Both the position numbers and the translations under genes were made by a program. A DNA stretch of 64,000 bases from Planctomycetota bacterium (GTDB taxonomy: Bacteria; Planctomycetota; UBA1135; UBA2386): assembly GCA_046290465.1 (NCBI GenBank), contig JBKAGP010000001.1, positions 5,184,001 through 5,248,000 of the forward strand. Reading direction: 5' to 3'. Of the stretch, positions 1 to 9,018 are shown in pieces. The notes under the pieces are model-generated. The model worked only from the letters and a program-made list of their open reading frames with translations. It was not told where the DNA came from and searched no databases. Numbering within the stretch: position 1 is the first letter of the stretch; each line of letters starts with the position of its first letter.

Positions 1-820
1 TGTATGCCGCCACGGTTGCTGCCGTCTCGTAGCCGGCGGCGGCGAGGGAGCGGCGGCCGATCTGCGCGACCACGAAGGCGCCGATCAGCACCTGCGTCTG
101 CCGCTGCGGCGGGAACCGTTCCAACCAGACGAACGGCGCCAGCACCGCGCGGTAGATCGGGCTGTGTGAGCGCAACGCTTCGACCAGGCCGGCGCGCGCG
201 CCGTCGAGCATCGGGTCGCGCCGCAGCGCCTCCTGGAAGTGCTGCAACGCCTCCTTGGGCTGACCCTGGCGCAGGCACGCGAAGCCGCGCGCCTGGTGGG
301 TGTAGGGGTTGTCGGGGTCGTGGGCCAGCGACGCCTTGACGTCGGCCTGCGCCTCGTCGCTGCGGCCGAGCTTGGTCAGCGCCACGGAGCGCATGTTGAG
401 GCAGTCGGTGTTCTGCGGGTCGATCGCGAGGCCGGCGTCGGCCGCGGTGATCGCGGCCTGCCAGCGGCTCTGCAGCAACAGGATCTGGGCGAGCGTGCCG
501 CGGTGCTCGGCGTCTTCGGGGGCGAGGTCGATCGCGATGCGGATCGCTTCCTCGGCTGCCTTGTAGTCACGTCGCGTCATCTGCACGACGGCAATTGCCC
601 GGAAGCCGAAGTCGAGCTCGGGGTCGATGGTGACCGCCTGCTTGCCGGCGGCGAGCGCTTCGTCCAGGTCGCCAGTCTGGGCCAGCACCTGCGCCAGCAG
701 CGCGTGGGCCGGCGCGAAGTCGGGGTCCTGCGCCAGCAGCGCACGCAGCTCTTTCTCGGCCAGTTCGAAGCGTTGCTGCTCGTAGAGCAGCGCGGCACGT
801 TGCCAGTGGGCGTCGATCAT
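1..820 (-). CDS. Tetratricopeptide repeat protein with C-terminal hydrophobic segments (partial; runs off the window start)
   Basis: Not in the ORF track. Read by hand from ATG at 820: MIDAHWQRAALLYEQQRFELAEKELRALLAQDPDFAPAHALLAQ..., with about 6 TPR-like units (..A..DP..) followed by hydrophobic IYRAVLAPFVWL / QVLIGAFVVAQI. No stop before position 1. Confidence 0.85.
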   Translation of the reverse strand, partial: MIDAHWQRAALLYEQQRFELAEKELRALLAQDPDFAPAHALLAQVLAQTGDLDEALAAGKQAVTIDPELDFGFRAIAVVQMTRRDYKAAEEAIRIAIDLAPEDAEHRGTLAQILLLQSRWQAAITAADAGLAIDPQNTDCLNMRSVALTKLGRSDEAQADVKASLAHDPDNPYTHQARGFACLRQGQPKEALQHFQEALRRDPMLDGARAGLVEALRSHSPIYRAVLAPFVWLERFPPQRQTQVLIGAFVVAQIGRRSLAAAGYETAATVAAY

Positions 821-833
821 CGTGGGGTGCGAC

Positions 834-2174
834 TCAGAGCTTCAGGTAGCTCTTGAGCTCGTCGTAGAGCCCGGCTTCGTTGGCGTAGAGCACGTAGTTC
901 TTGGCGGTGGCGAACCACTCCGCGGTGGTGGGGCGCTGCGCCTTGGCGGCGGTGAGCAGGTCCTTGGTGGTCAGCGGCGTCGGCTTGCCGGCCGCGATCG
1001 CCTCGTCGAGCTTGGCCTCGATCGCGCGGTCGACGACGGCCTTCAGGTCGGCGCCCGAGTAGCGGTCGGTCTTCTTCGCGACCGCCTGCACGTCGAGGTC
1101 CTGCTGTGGCTTGCCGGCGAGCATCAGCCGCAGGATCGCGGCGCGTGCCTTGAGGTCCGGCGGCGGCACGAAGATCACCCGGTCGAATCGACCCGGTCGA
1201 CGGAACGCGCTGTCCATGTGCCACGGCGCGTTGGTCGCCGCCAGCACCAGCAGGTCGTCGTTCTTGGCGTCGAGGCCGTCGAGCTCGGCGAGGAACTGGT
1301 TGATCGTCTGGCGACCGGCGCTGTGCTTGAGGTCGCCGCGGCTGGCGCCGAGCGCGTCGACTTCGTCGAAGAACAGCACGCACGGCCGGTGGTTGCGCGC
1401 CGACTCGAACACCGCGTGCAGGTTGCGTTCGCTCTGGCCGATCCACATCTCGAGGATCTCGTGGATGCCGATGCTCAGGAAGCGCGCATCGACCTCACCG
1501 GCGGTCGCCTTGGCCAGGAACGTCTTGCCGCAGCCGGGAGGGCCGTACATCAGGATGCCACCGCCGCCCTTCTTGCCGTACGCCTGGAACAGCTCCGGCT
1601 GCTGCATCGGCAGGATGATCTTCCTGGCGATCTCCTTCTTGAGGTCGTCGAGGCCGCCGACGTTGACGAACTTGACGTCCGAACGCACCGGCCGCAGGTC
1701 GGGGCCGCCGCCGCCGTCGTCGCCGGTGGAGTGGCGCAGGCGACCGTCGACCAGCTCGCTGCCGTCGGCGCCCGGCGCGTCGACGCCGAGGCGCTCGCTG
1801 AGCTCCTCGTCGCGCAGCGTCGGGTCGCTCTGCACCGCCTTGCGATACTGGCGGACCGCCTGCTCGACGTCGCCCTCGGACAGCAGCACCCGCGCCAGGT
1901 CGACGCGGGCGCGCTCGTTGCCGTTGTCGACCAGCTGTTCGAGCACGATCGCAGCGGCGGACTGCTTGCCCTGCGACCGGTAGCACTTCGCCAGCAGCAG
2001 CAAGAACGCCTCGTCGTCCGGCTGCTGCTTCAGCGCGGTCTTGCACTCGGCCTCGGCGTCGGCGTAGTGGCCATGCGCCAGCAGCGTCTCGCCCAGCAGC
2101 TTGCGCAGGGCGAGGTTGTCCGGGCTCTGGCTCAGCGCTTCCCGCAGCGACCGGATGGTGTCGTCGGCGTCCAT
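834..2174 (-). CDS. AAA+ ATPase with N-terminal TPR region
   Basis: Start MDADDTIRSLREAL. Walker A GPPGCGKT, Walker B LFFDEVD, sensor/SRH LAATNAPW..FRRPGRFD, N-terminal TPR helices. Confidence 0.93.
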   Translation of the reverse strand: MDADDTIRSLREALSQSPDNLALRKLLGETLLAHGHYADAEAECKTALKQQPDDEAFLLLLAKCYRSQGKQSAAAIVLEQLVDNGNERARVDLARVLLSEGDVEQAVRQYRKAVQSDPTLRDEELSERLGVDAPGADGSELVDGRLRHSTGDDGGGGPDLRPVRSDVKFVNVGGLDDLKKEIARKIILPMQQPELFQAYGKKGGGGILMYGPPGCGKTFLAKATAGEVDARFLSIGIHEILEMWIGQSERNLHAVFESARNHRPCVLFFDEVDALGASRGDLKHSAGRQTINQFLAELDGLDAKNDDLLVLAATNAPWHMDSAFRRPGRFDRVIFVPPPDLKARAAILRLMLAGKPQQDLDVQAVAKKTDRYSGADLKAVVDRAIEAKLDEAIAAGKPTPLTTKDLLTAAKAQRPTTAEWFATAKNYVLYANEAGLYDELKSYLKL

Positions 2175-2219
2175 GCGGGCACAGTACGACCGCGGCGCCG
2201 ACGCACAACAGGGCGCCTG

Positions 2220-2299
2220 GGAGCGCGTCCATGTAGTGGACGCGCTGCCGACCGTGATCGCGGAAGCGGCGTGTACGCGTGCGGACGGGGCTTTGCCCG
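2220..2299. repeat. REP-like dispersed palindromic repeat, copy 1
   Basis: Near-identical to 49189-49267. Contains stem AGCGCGTCCA-loop-TGGACGCGCT. Confidence 0.85.
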
Positions 2300-3241
2300 C
2301 TAGTCCGCCCAGCGCTCGTACCAGCGCTCGAACTGCTCGAACTGCTCTTTGGCGAACGCGCGCTGGCTTGGGCTGAGCGCGTCGCTCTCGTTGAAGTGCA
2401 TCGCGTAGCGCTCGTCGCCCTGCAGCTCGAGCAGGTACTTGTAGTGCAGCACGAGGTCCGGGCCCTCGTCGAACGTCGACAGCACCGTCAGCGCCTCGCC
2501 GAGCTCGGTGGCGCGTCGGCGGGCGTCGGCGTCGCCCTGCTGTGCCTGCTGGCACAGCTCGACCAGCTTCAGCACCGGGCCCGGCAGCGCGTTGCCGATG
2601 CCGGTGATCGCGCCGGTGGCGCCGCAGTTGACGAAGCCGTGCACGACCTGCGTGTCGACGCCGACCATCAGCGTCAGGTCGTCGTCGCCGCTGGTGATGT
2701 TCTCGGCCGCGTAGGTCAGCGCCGGGCCACCGCCGAACTCCTTGAAGCCGACCAGGTTCGCGTGGCGTTCGCGCAGCGCGAAGAACAGCTCGGCGCGCGT
2801 CTCGAAGCCGTAGTAGGGGCTGTTGTAGATCACCGCCGGCAGCTTCGGCGCCGCCGACAGGATCGCCTCGAAGTGGGCGCGCTGCGCGGTCGCCGACGTG
2901 CCGCGCGACAACACGCGCGGGATCACCATCAGCCCGGCCGCGCCGACCTCGGCCGCGTGGCTGGCGTGCGCGACCGCGGTGCGCGTGTTGACCGCGCCGG
3001 TGCCGACCACCACGCGCAGGCCGGCCTGCACCAGTCGCGCGACGCCCTGCATGCGCTCGGCATCGCGCAGCAGCGGCCAGTCGCCCATCGAACCGCAGTA
3101 GACCACCGCGCTCATGCCGGCGTCGACGAGCTGTCGGCCCTTCTCGACCAGCGCGTCGAAGTCGGGCACGCGCTCGCCGTCGCGTTCGGTGCACGGAGTC
3201 ATCAGGGCCGGCATGCAGCCGGTGAACGGAGAGTCGGTCAT
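2300..3241 (-). CDS. Dihydrodipicolinate synthase family protein (resembles 1-pyrroline-4-hydroxy-2-carboxylate deaminase)
   Basis: GCMPALMTPC, VYCGSMGDWPLL, IYNSPYYG and Schiff-base GFKEF. The DHDPS/NAL fold is secure; the substrate is inferred. Confidence 0.85.
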   Translation of the reverse strand: MTDSPFTGCMPALMTPCTERDGERVPDFDALVEKGRQLVDAGMSAVVYCGSMGDWPLLRDAERMQGVARLVQAGLRVVVGTGAVNTRTAVAHASHAAEVGAAGLMVIPRVLSRGTSATAQRAHFEAILSAAPKLPAVIYNSPYYGFETRAELFFALRERHANLVGFKEFGGGPALTYAAENITSGDDDLTLMVGVDTQVVHGFVNCGATGAITGIGNALPGPVLKLVELCQQAQQGDADARRRATELGEALTVLSTFDEGPDLVLHYKYLLELQGDERYAMHFNESDALSPSQRAFAKEQFEQFERWYERWAD

Positions 3242-4113
3242 GGTCTCGCTATCGGGTCAGGGGTGGCTTCGAGTCGGTCGATCGCGGCGCCGAGCACCGG
3301 CGCCTGGCTGTGGATGTGGTCCTGCAGGGCGGTGCGGGCGCGGGCCCAGCGGCGCGCCGCTGCGTGCCGCAGGATCTCGGTGTGCTGGCCGGCCATCTCG
3401 GCGAGGCGGTCGGCGCCGACCGCGGCGTAGTCGAACAGGCGGGCGTAGTAGCGGCCGTGCGACGCGAAGAACGCGGCGAGGTAGTGGTTGTCCGCCTGCT
3501 GCACGAAGTAGGCGTGCAGGTCGTTGTCGATGTGGCCGCGCGCGACGGCGTCGGCGTCGTTGCCGCGTCGCAGGCGCTGCAGCTCGTCGCGGTCGAGGCG
3601 GTCGCGCGCGAGGTCGAGGGCCTGCATCTCGAGCGTCGCACGCACGTCGAGGAAGGCACGCATGTCGTCGCGATGGAACGGCCGCGGCCGCCAGCCGCGC
3701 CGCTCGACGTGTTCGAGAACGCCCGCGCCGGCGAGCTCGTGGAGCACGCGTCGCAGGCGCGTGCGCCCGACGCCGAGGCGTTCGGCGAATGCCTCTTCGC
3801 GCAGGAAGTCGTGCTCGCCGCGCAGGCTCATGCGCAGCACGTGGTGTTCGACTTCGGCGCCGAGGTTCGGTGGGTCGGTCGAAAGGCGCGGGGAGCGGCG
3901 AGCCCGCGGCTTCTTCGGGCCTGCCTGCAGCCTGCCGTTCGGTCGCCGTTCGACCAGGCCGGCTTCGATCAGCTTCTCGACCGCGTGCCGGACCGGCGTC
4001 ACGCTGACGCCGTATGCGCTCGCCAACGCCCCGAGCGTCAGCCGGTCGGGCAGCGGCGCGGATCCGCGCAGGCGCTCCCGCAGGTCCTGCTCGATGTGTC
4101 GGGCGATCGTCAC
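3238..4113 (-). CDS. GntR (FadR/FCD-type) transcriptional regulator with two tandem wHTH domains
   Basis: HTH1 LTLGALASAYGVSVTPVRHAVEKL, HTH2 EEAFAERLGVGRTRLRRVLHEL, and an FCD-like C-terminus (DNDLH, QHTEIL, DHIH). GTG start at 4113 inferred; the stop overlaps the DHDPS start. Confidence 0.85.
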   Translation of the reverse strand: MTIARHIEQDLRERLRGSAPLPDRLTLGALASAYGVSVTPVRHAVEKLIEAGLVERRPNGRLQAGPKKPRARRSPRLSTDPPNLGAEVEHHVLRMSLRGEHDFLREEAFAERLGVGRTRLRRVLHELAGAGVLEHVERRGWRPRPFHRDDMRAFLDVRATLEMQALDLARDRLDRDELQRLRRGNDADAVARGHIDNDLHAYFVQQADNHYLAAFFASHGRYYARLFDYAAVGADRLAEMAGQHTEILRHAAARRWARARTALQDHIHSQAPVLGAAIDRLEATPDPIARP

Positions 4114-4118
4114 TGATG

Positions 4119-4138
4119 TGACTTTGTATACAAAGTCA
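4119..4138. promoter_or_regulatory. Perfect 20-bp palindrome TGACTTTGTATACAAAGTCA, probable GntR operator
   Basis: AT-rich perfect dyad 5 bp upstream of the GntR start. The TTGTATACAA core fits the GntR-type GT-N-AC operator pattern. Confidence 0.8.
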
Positions 4139-4219
4139 TGAAAGGAAACCAGTGCCACGGCCTGGCCTGGCCGCGGCCACAGCCCTGGACGCTGCGGTCG
4201 CGCCTGCGCGGCCGGCCTG

Positions 4220-5488
4220 CTAGCCGCGCCCGAGCGCCGTTCGCAGCGCGTCGAGCGAGGCCGCCAACGGCTCGGCACGGCTGGGCCGGGCCAGCAGTTC
4301 GGCCAGCGGTGCCGGCACGTCCGGCGCCGTGCCGACCAGCGGCTCGACGACCTCCGCGAACTTCGCCGCGTGGGCGGTTGCCGCGACGATCCAGGCGCGC
4401 TCGTCGCCCTGGTCCCGCAGCCGCTCGCGAACGGCCAGGCCGCAGGCCGAATGCGGGCAGACGATCTCGCCGGTGCGGCGGTGCGTCGCGCGGATCTGGG
4501 CCCGGATCGCATCGTCGTCGACCGAGTCGGCGCGCACGACCTCGGCGGGGCAGGCGAACCGCTGGCGCAGCCGTTCGAGGTTGCTCGGCGCGCCGACGTC
4601 CATCGCGTTGGCCAGCGTCGCGACGCTGGCGGTCGGCTCGTAGCGGCCGGTCGCCAGGAACTCCGGCAGCACCCGGTTGGCGTTGGTCGCCAGCACGACG
4701 TCGCCGATCGGCAGGCCGGCCTCGCGTGCCAGCAGGCAGGCCAGCGCGTTGCCGAGGTTGCCGGTCGGCACGACGTAGTTCGGCGCTGCGCGTCCCGCCG
4801 CGACGGCGGTCAGCGACGAGTGCACGTAGTAGCTCATCTGCGGCAGCAGCCGGCCGAGGCTGATGCTGTTGGCCGAGACCAGGCCGTGGCGTTCGTTGAG
4901 GTCGGCGTCGGCGAACGCGGCCTTGACCATCGCCTGGCAGTCGTCGAACGAGCCGGCGACGCGGTAGGCGGTGACGTTGTCGCCGAACGCGCCCAGCTGG
5001 TGCGCCTGGCGCGGCGAGACGCGGCCGTCCGGATACAGCACGGCGACCCGGAACCCGGGCCGATCGTGGAACGCGGCGGCGACGGCTGCGCCGGTGTCGC
5101 CCGAGGTCGCGACCAGCACGGTCCGTTCGCGGTCTGCCTCGCGCAGGCGCAGCAGGCAGCTCGCGAGGAACCGCGCCCCGAAGTCCTTGAAGGCCGCGGT
5201 CGGCCCCCAGAACAGCTCGAGCAGCGCCGTGTCGGGCTCGATCCAGCGGGTCGGCGCGTCGAACGTGAAGCTGTCGGCGACGATCGCCGGCAGGTGTTCG
5301 AGCAGCGCGTCGTCGGCGAAGAACGGCGCCAGCGCGGCTTCGGCGCGCTGCTGCAGCGTGGTGCCCCACGGCCCGTGCTGCCGGTCCGGTTGCGGCGGCA
5401 TGAACAGCCCGCCGTCCGGGGCCTGGCCCTTGGCGATGGCCTCGGCAAGCGGCACCGGTCCGGCGCCGCGCGTGCTGACTACCTGCAT
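4220..5488 (-). CDS. thrC: Threonine synthase
   Basis: GQAPDGGLF, ELFWGPTAAFKDFG (PLP Lys), ATSGDTG, NSISLGR, VPTGNLGN. Third gene of the thr operon. Confidence 0.95.
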   Translation of the reverse strand: MQVVSTRGAGPVPLAEAIAKGQAPDGGLFMPPQPDRQHGPWGTTLQQRAEAALAPFFADDALLEHLPAIVADSFTFDAPTRWIEPDTALLELFWGPTAAFKDFGARFLASCLLRLREADRERTVLVATSGDTGAAVAAAFHDRPGFRVAVLYPDGRVSPRQAHQLGAFGDNVTAYRVAGSFDDCQAMVKAAFADADLNERHGLVSANSISLGRLLPQMSYYVHSSLTAVAAGRAAPNYVVPTGNLGNALACLLAREAGLPIGDVVLATNANRVLPEFLATGRYEPTASVATLANAMDVGAPSNLERLRQRFACPAEVVRADSVDDDAIRAQIRATHRRTGEIVCPHSACGLAVRERLRDQGDERAWIVAATAHAAKFAEVVEPLVGTAPDVPAPLAELLARPSRAEPLAASLDALRTALGRG

Positions 5489-6417
5489 GACTCGACCTCC
5501 GCGCGCGGTCCTTGGACCGGCGAGACGAACACGTCGCTGGCCAGCGCGACGTCCGCGAACGCGCGCTGCATCGCCGCACCGCCGCGTTCGGCAGCCGCGC
5601 GCGAGGCGAACCAGCCGAACACGCTGGGGCCGCCGCCTGCGATGCTCGCACCGATGGCCTGGTGGTCGAGCGCCGCGCGCTGCACGGCCGCGAATCCCGG
5701 CACCAGCGGCGCGCGGCGCGGTTCGACCAGCACGTCGCGCAAGCCGCGGCGCAGCAGCGCCTCGTCACCGCGAAAGCAGCCGGCCAGCATCAGCGCGAGC
5801 GCTTCGGTCTGCTGGGTGATCGCCGTCAGCGCGAACGGCTCGGCGAGCACTTCGCGCGAGCGGCGCGTCTCGAGCTGGCAGTGTGGATGCACCAGCGCGA
5901 TGTGCAGCCATTCGGGCACCGGGACCGACACCGGCGCGCCGTGCTTGGGCGCGATCACCACGCCGCCGAGCAGGCTCGGGGCGACGTTGTCGCCGTGCGG
6001 TGCGCCGCTGGCCGCAGCCTCGCCGGCGCACGCCGCTGCATAGAGCACGTCGACCGGCTGCCGCGACGGCAGCAGTTCGTTGGCTGCGACGACCGCGGCG
6101 ACCGACGACGCCGCCGAGCCGCCCATGCCCGAGGCGAGCGGGATGCCCTTGTGGATCTCGAGGTCGACCCCGAGGTCGTCGGCGCCGGCCAGGCGGCGCA
6201 GTTCGAGCACCGCACGGCCGGCGGTGTTGCGCTCGGCGTCGCGCGGCAGCGCCGCTTCGGTGCCGTGGATGGCGACGATCTCGATCGTCGCGTCGGCCCT
6301 GCGCGTGCACGTGACGCGGTCGGACGGACCCGCGAACGAGTGGCCGAGCACGTCGAAGCCGGCGGCGCAGTTGCCGATCGACGCCGGCGCGCGGGCGGTC
6401 GCGAACGCCGCACTCAT
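5479..6417 (-). CDS. thrB: Homoserine kinase
   Basis: APASIGNCAAGFDVLG, GHMP motif IPLASGMGGSAAS, HGDNVAP. Lies between thrA and thrC. Confidence 0.95.
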   Translation of the reverse strand: MSAAFATARAPASIGNCAAGFDVLGHSFAGPSDRVTCTRRADATIEIVAIHGTEAALPRDAERNTAGRAVLELRRLAGADDLGVDLEIHKGIPLASGMGGSAASSVAAVVAANELLPSRQPVDVLYAAACAGEAAASGAPHGDNVAPSLLGGVVIAPKHGAPVSVPVPEWLHIALVHPHCQLETRRSREVLAEPFALTAITQQTEALALMLAGCFRGDEALLRRGLRDVLVEPRRAPLVPGFAAVQRAALDHQAIGASIAGGGPSVFGWFASRAAAERGGAAMQRAFADVALASDVFVSPVQGPRAEVESCR

Positions 6418-8900
6418 CGACGTGCCCCCAGGTGGTTGGCGACGGCCGGTGTGTCGGCGACTCCGAGCGCGCTGGCGACGCGCAGCAGATCGGCGAAGAT
6501 GCCCATCGCGGTGACCTCGGGGCCGGCGCCGGGGCCGCGCACGACCAGCGGATTGTCGCGGTAGCGTTCGGTCGTGAACTGCACGACGTTGTCGGTCGGT
6601 CGGATGTTGGCGAGCGCGTGGTCCTGCGCGACCTCGGTGAGGCCGACGGTCGCCGCGCCGCCGGCTTCGAGGCGCGCGACGTAGCGCAGCACCGAGCCGC
6701 GCGCCTGCGCCGCGCGCTGCCGTTCGCCGAGCTCGGCGTCGAGTTCGGGCAGCCGCTCGAGGAACGCCGCCTTGTCGAGGTCGCGCAGCCCATCGGGCAC
6801 CAGCGATTCGAGCCGGACGTCGTCGAGGCCGATCTGCCAGCCGTTCTCGCGCGCCAGGATCACCAGCTTGCGTGCGACATCGAGGCCGCTGAGGTCGTCG
6901 CGCGGATCGGGTTCGGTGAAGCCGCGCTGCATCGCGTCGCGCACCAGCTGCGAGAACGGCACCGCGCCGTCGAAGCTCGTGAACAGGAACGCCAGCGTGC
7001 CGGACAGGATGCCGTCGATCGCCAGCACGCGGTCGCCGGTGTCGATCAGGTCGCGCAGCGTCGTGACGATCGGCAGCCCGGCGCCGACGGTCGCCTCGTA
7101 GCAGAACTGCGCCGGCTGCCGCTGCAGGGACCGGTAGCGCTCGATCGGTCCCGAGCCCGCGTGCTTGTTCGGTGTGATCACGTGGATGCCGGCGCGCAGC
7201 CAGTCGGCGTAGCGATCGGCGACGGCGTCCGACGCGCTGCAGTCGACGATCACCGCGTGCGGCAGGTGCTCGGCGTGCACGTGCGCGGTCAGCTCGTCGA
7301 GGTCGGTGTCGTGATCGAGTTCGCGCTCGTAGCCGTCGGCCTGTTCTTCGAACAGGGCCATCCGTCGCGATCCGGCGATCGCACGCACGCGCAGGTCGAG
7401 GTTGTTCTGCTCGAGCAGCTGGCCGCGCGCCTCCTGCAGCTGGCGCAGGAACGTGCGGCCGACGTTGCCCGGGCCGATCACGCCGACCGACAGCGTGCGG
7501 GCCGACAGGTAGAAGCCGGCGTGCACGGCGCGCAGCGCGCGTTGCGCGCTCTGCTCGTCGAGCGCGACCGAGATGTTGCGCTCCGAGGATCCCTGCGCGA
7601 TCACCCGCACGTTGACGTTGGCGCGGCCGAGCGCCGCGAACATCTGCGACGCGACGCCGGGGCGGCCGGCCATGCCGTCGCCGACGGCGGCGAGCGCCGC
7701 GATGCCGCGTTCGACGCGCACGTCGCTGACCTGGCCGTTGCGCAGCTCGTGCGCGAACGCGCGCCGCACCGCGCGTTCGGCGGCGTCGGCGTCGTTGGCC
7801 CGGATCACCACGCAGATCGAGTGTTCGGACGAGCCCTGCGAGATCATCACCACCGACACGCGGGCCTGCTCGAGCGCGGAGAAGAGGCGCTGGGCGGTGC
7901 CCGGTACGCCGATCATGCCGGCGCCCTCTAGGTTGAGGATCGCGAGGCCCTTGACGGTGCTGACGCCCTTGACGAACGGCTCGGGTTCGACCGACGCCGC
8001 GATCCGGGTGCCGGGGTGGGACGGGTCGAACGTGTTGCGCGCGATGATCGCGATGCCGCGCTCGATCGCCGGCGCCATCGTCTGCGGGTGCAGCACCTTG
8101 GCGCCGAAGTAGGCGAGTTCGCAGGCCTCCGAGTACGACAGCTGCGGGATCTCGACGGCTTCGGGCACCACGCGCGGATCGGCGGAGAGGATGCCGTCGA
8201 CGTCGCTCCAGACGTGCAGCTCGGTCGCCGCGAACAGCGCGGCGAAGATCGCTCCCGAGTAGTCGCTGCCGTTGCGGCCGAGGTTGGTCACGCGGCCGTC
8301 GCGCGTGCGCGCGACGAACCCGGAGACGACCGTGATCGCGCCGGGCCGGTCGCAGTAGCGAGCGAGCCGCGTGCGGGTCTCGTCCCACACGACCGTTGCG
8401 CCGAGCTCGCTGGCCTCGACGACCAGCACCTTGCGCCCATCGAGCCATTGGCTGTCGCAGCCGCGCGCGCGCAGGGCGCCGTCGACGATCATCGCCGACC
8501 AGATCTCCCCGAGGCCCGAGACCAGCTGCAAAAGGTCGGGGGAGACGGCGCCGATCAGCGACTGGGCGTGCAGCAGTTCGTGCAGCGCCGTGAACTCCTC
8601 GGCCAGCCGTTCGGCGACCGGCTTGCAGTGCGTGCCGAGCAGCGCGTTGGCGGCGGCGAGGTGGCGCTGTTCGAGCTCGGTCGCGCGCGTCTGCCAGACC
8701 TCCGGGTCGGGGCCGGTGGCGGCCTGGTCGACCAGGTCGATCAACGTGTCGGTCACGCCGCCCATCGCGGACACGACGACGACCTGGCGACCGCTGCGCT
8801 GTTGCACGATGTCGACGACGCGGCCGATGCGCTCGGCGTCGCGCAGGCTGCTGCCGCCGAACTTGTGGGCGGTGGTGGATGGGGGCGCGGAGGTGCTCAT
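6414..8900 (-). CDS. thrA: Bifunctional aspartokinase/homoserine dehydrogenase
   Basis: KFGGSS, LGRNGSDYS, two ACT domains (SQGSSEHSI, AQGSSERNI), Rossmann GPGNVG, YEATVGAGLP, EPDPRDDLSG. Confidence 0.96.
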   Translation of the reverse strand: MSTSAPPSTTAHKFGGSSLRDAERIGRVVDIVQQRSGRQVVVVSAMGGVTDTLIDLVDQAATGPDPEVWQTRATELEQRHLAAANALLGTHCKPVAERLAEEFTALHELLHAQSLIGAVSPDLLQLVSGLGEIWSAMIVDGALRARGCDSQWLDGRKVLVVEASELGATVVWDETRTRLARYCDRPGAITVVSGFVARTRDGRVTNLGRNGSDYSGAIFAALFAATELHVWSDVDGILSADPRVVPEAVEIPQLSYSEACELAYFGAKVLHPQTMAPAIERGIAIIARNTFDPSHPGTRIAASVEPEPFVKGVSTVKGLAILNLEGAGMIGVPGTAQRLFSALEQARVSVVMISQGSSEHSICVVIRANDADAAERAVRRAFAHELRNGQVSDVRVERGIAALAAVGDGMAGRPGVASQMFAALGRANVNVRVIAQGSSERNISVALDEQSAQRALRAVHAGFYLSARTLSVGVIGPGNVGRTFLRQLQEARGQLLEQNNLDLRVRAIAGSRRMALFEEQADGYERELDHDTDLDELTAHVHAEHLPHAVIVDCSASDAVADRYADWLRAGIHVITPNKHAGSGPIERYRSLQRQPAQFCYEATVGAGLPIVTTLRDLIDTGDRVLAIDGILSGTLAFLFTSFDGAVPFSQLVRDAMQRGFTEPDPRDDLSGLDVARKLVILARENGWQIGLDDVRLESLVPDGLRDLDKAAFLERLPELDAELGERQRAAQARGSVLRYVARLEAGGAATVGLTEVAQDHALANIRPTDNVVQFTTERYRDNPLVVRGPGAGPEVTAMGIFADLLRVASALGVADTPAVANHLGARR

Positions 8901-9018
8901 GCGGTGGGGGTATCAGAGCGTCGTCGGGCGCGAGCGGCGAGGGCGCGGCGGGACGACGGCGGGGGCCGCCAGCTGGGGCCGCCAGCTGGGGTATGGTCGA
9001 GTCGTAACGACCGGGCCT

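Noticed and set aside
834..3194. Apparent long fusion ORFs (834-3194, 5479-8448, 9019-10374, 17728-20199, 44709-47927)
   Set aside because: The N-terminal extensions are stop-free shadow sequence over neighbouring genes. True starts were reassigned downstream.
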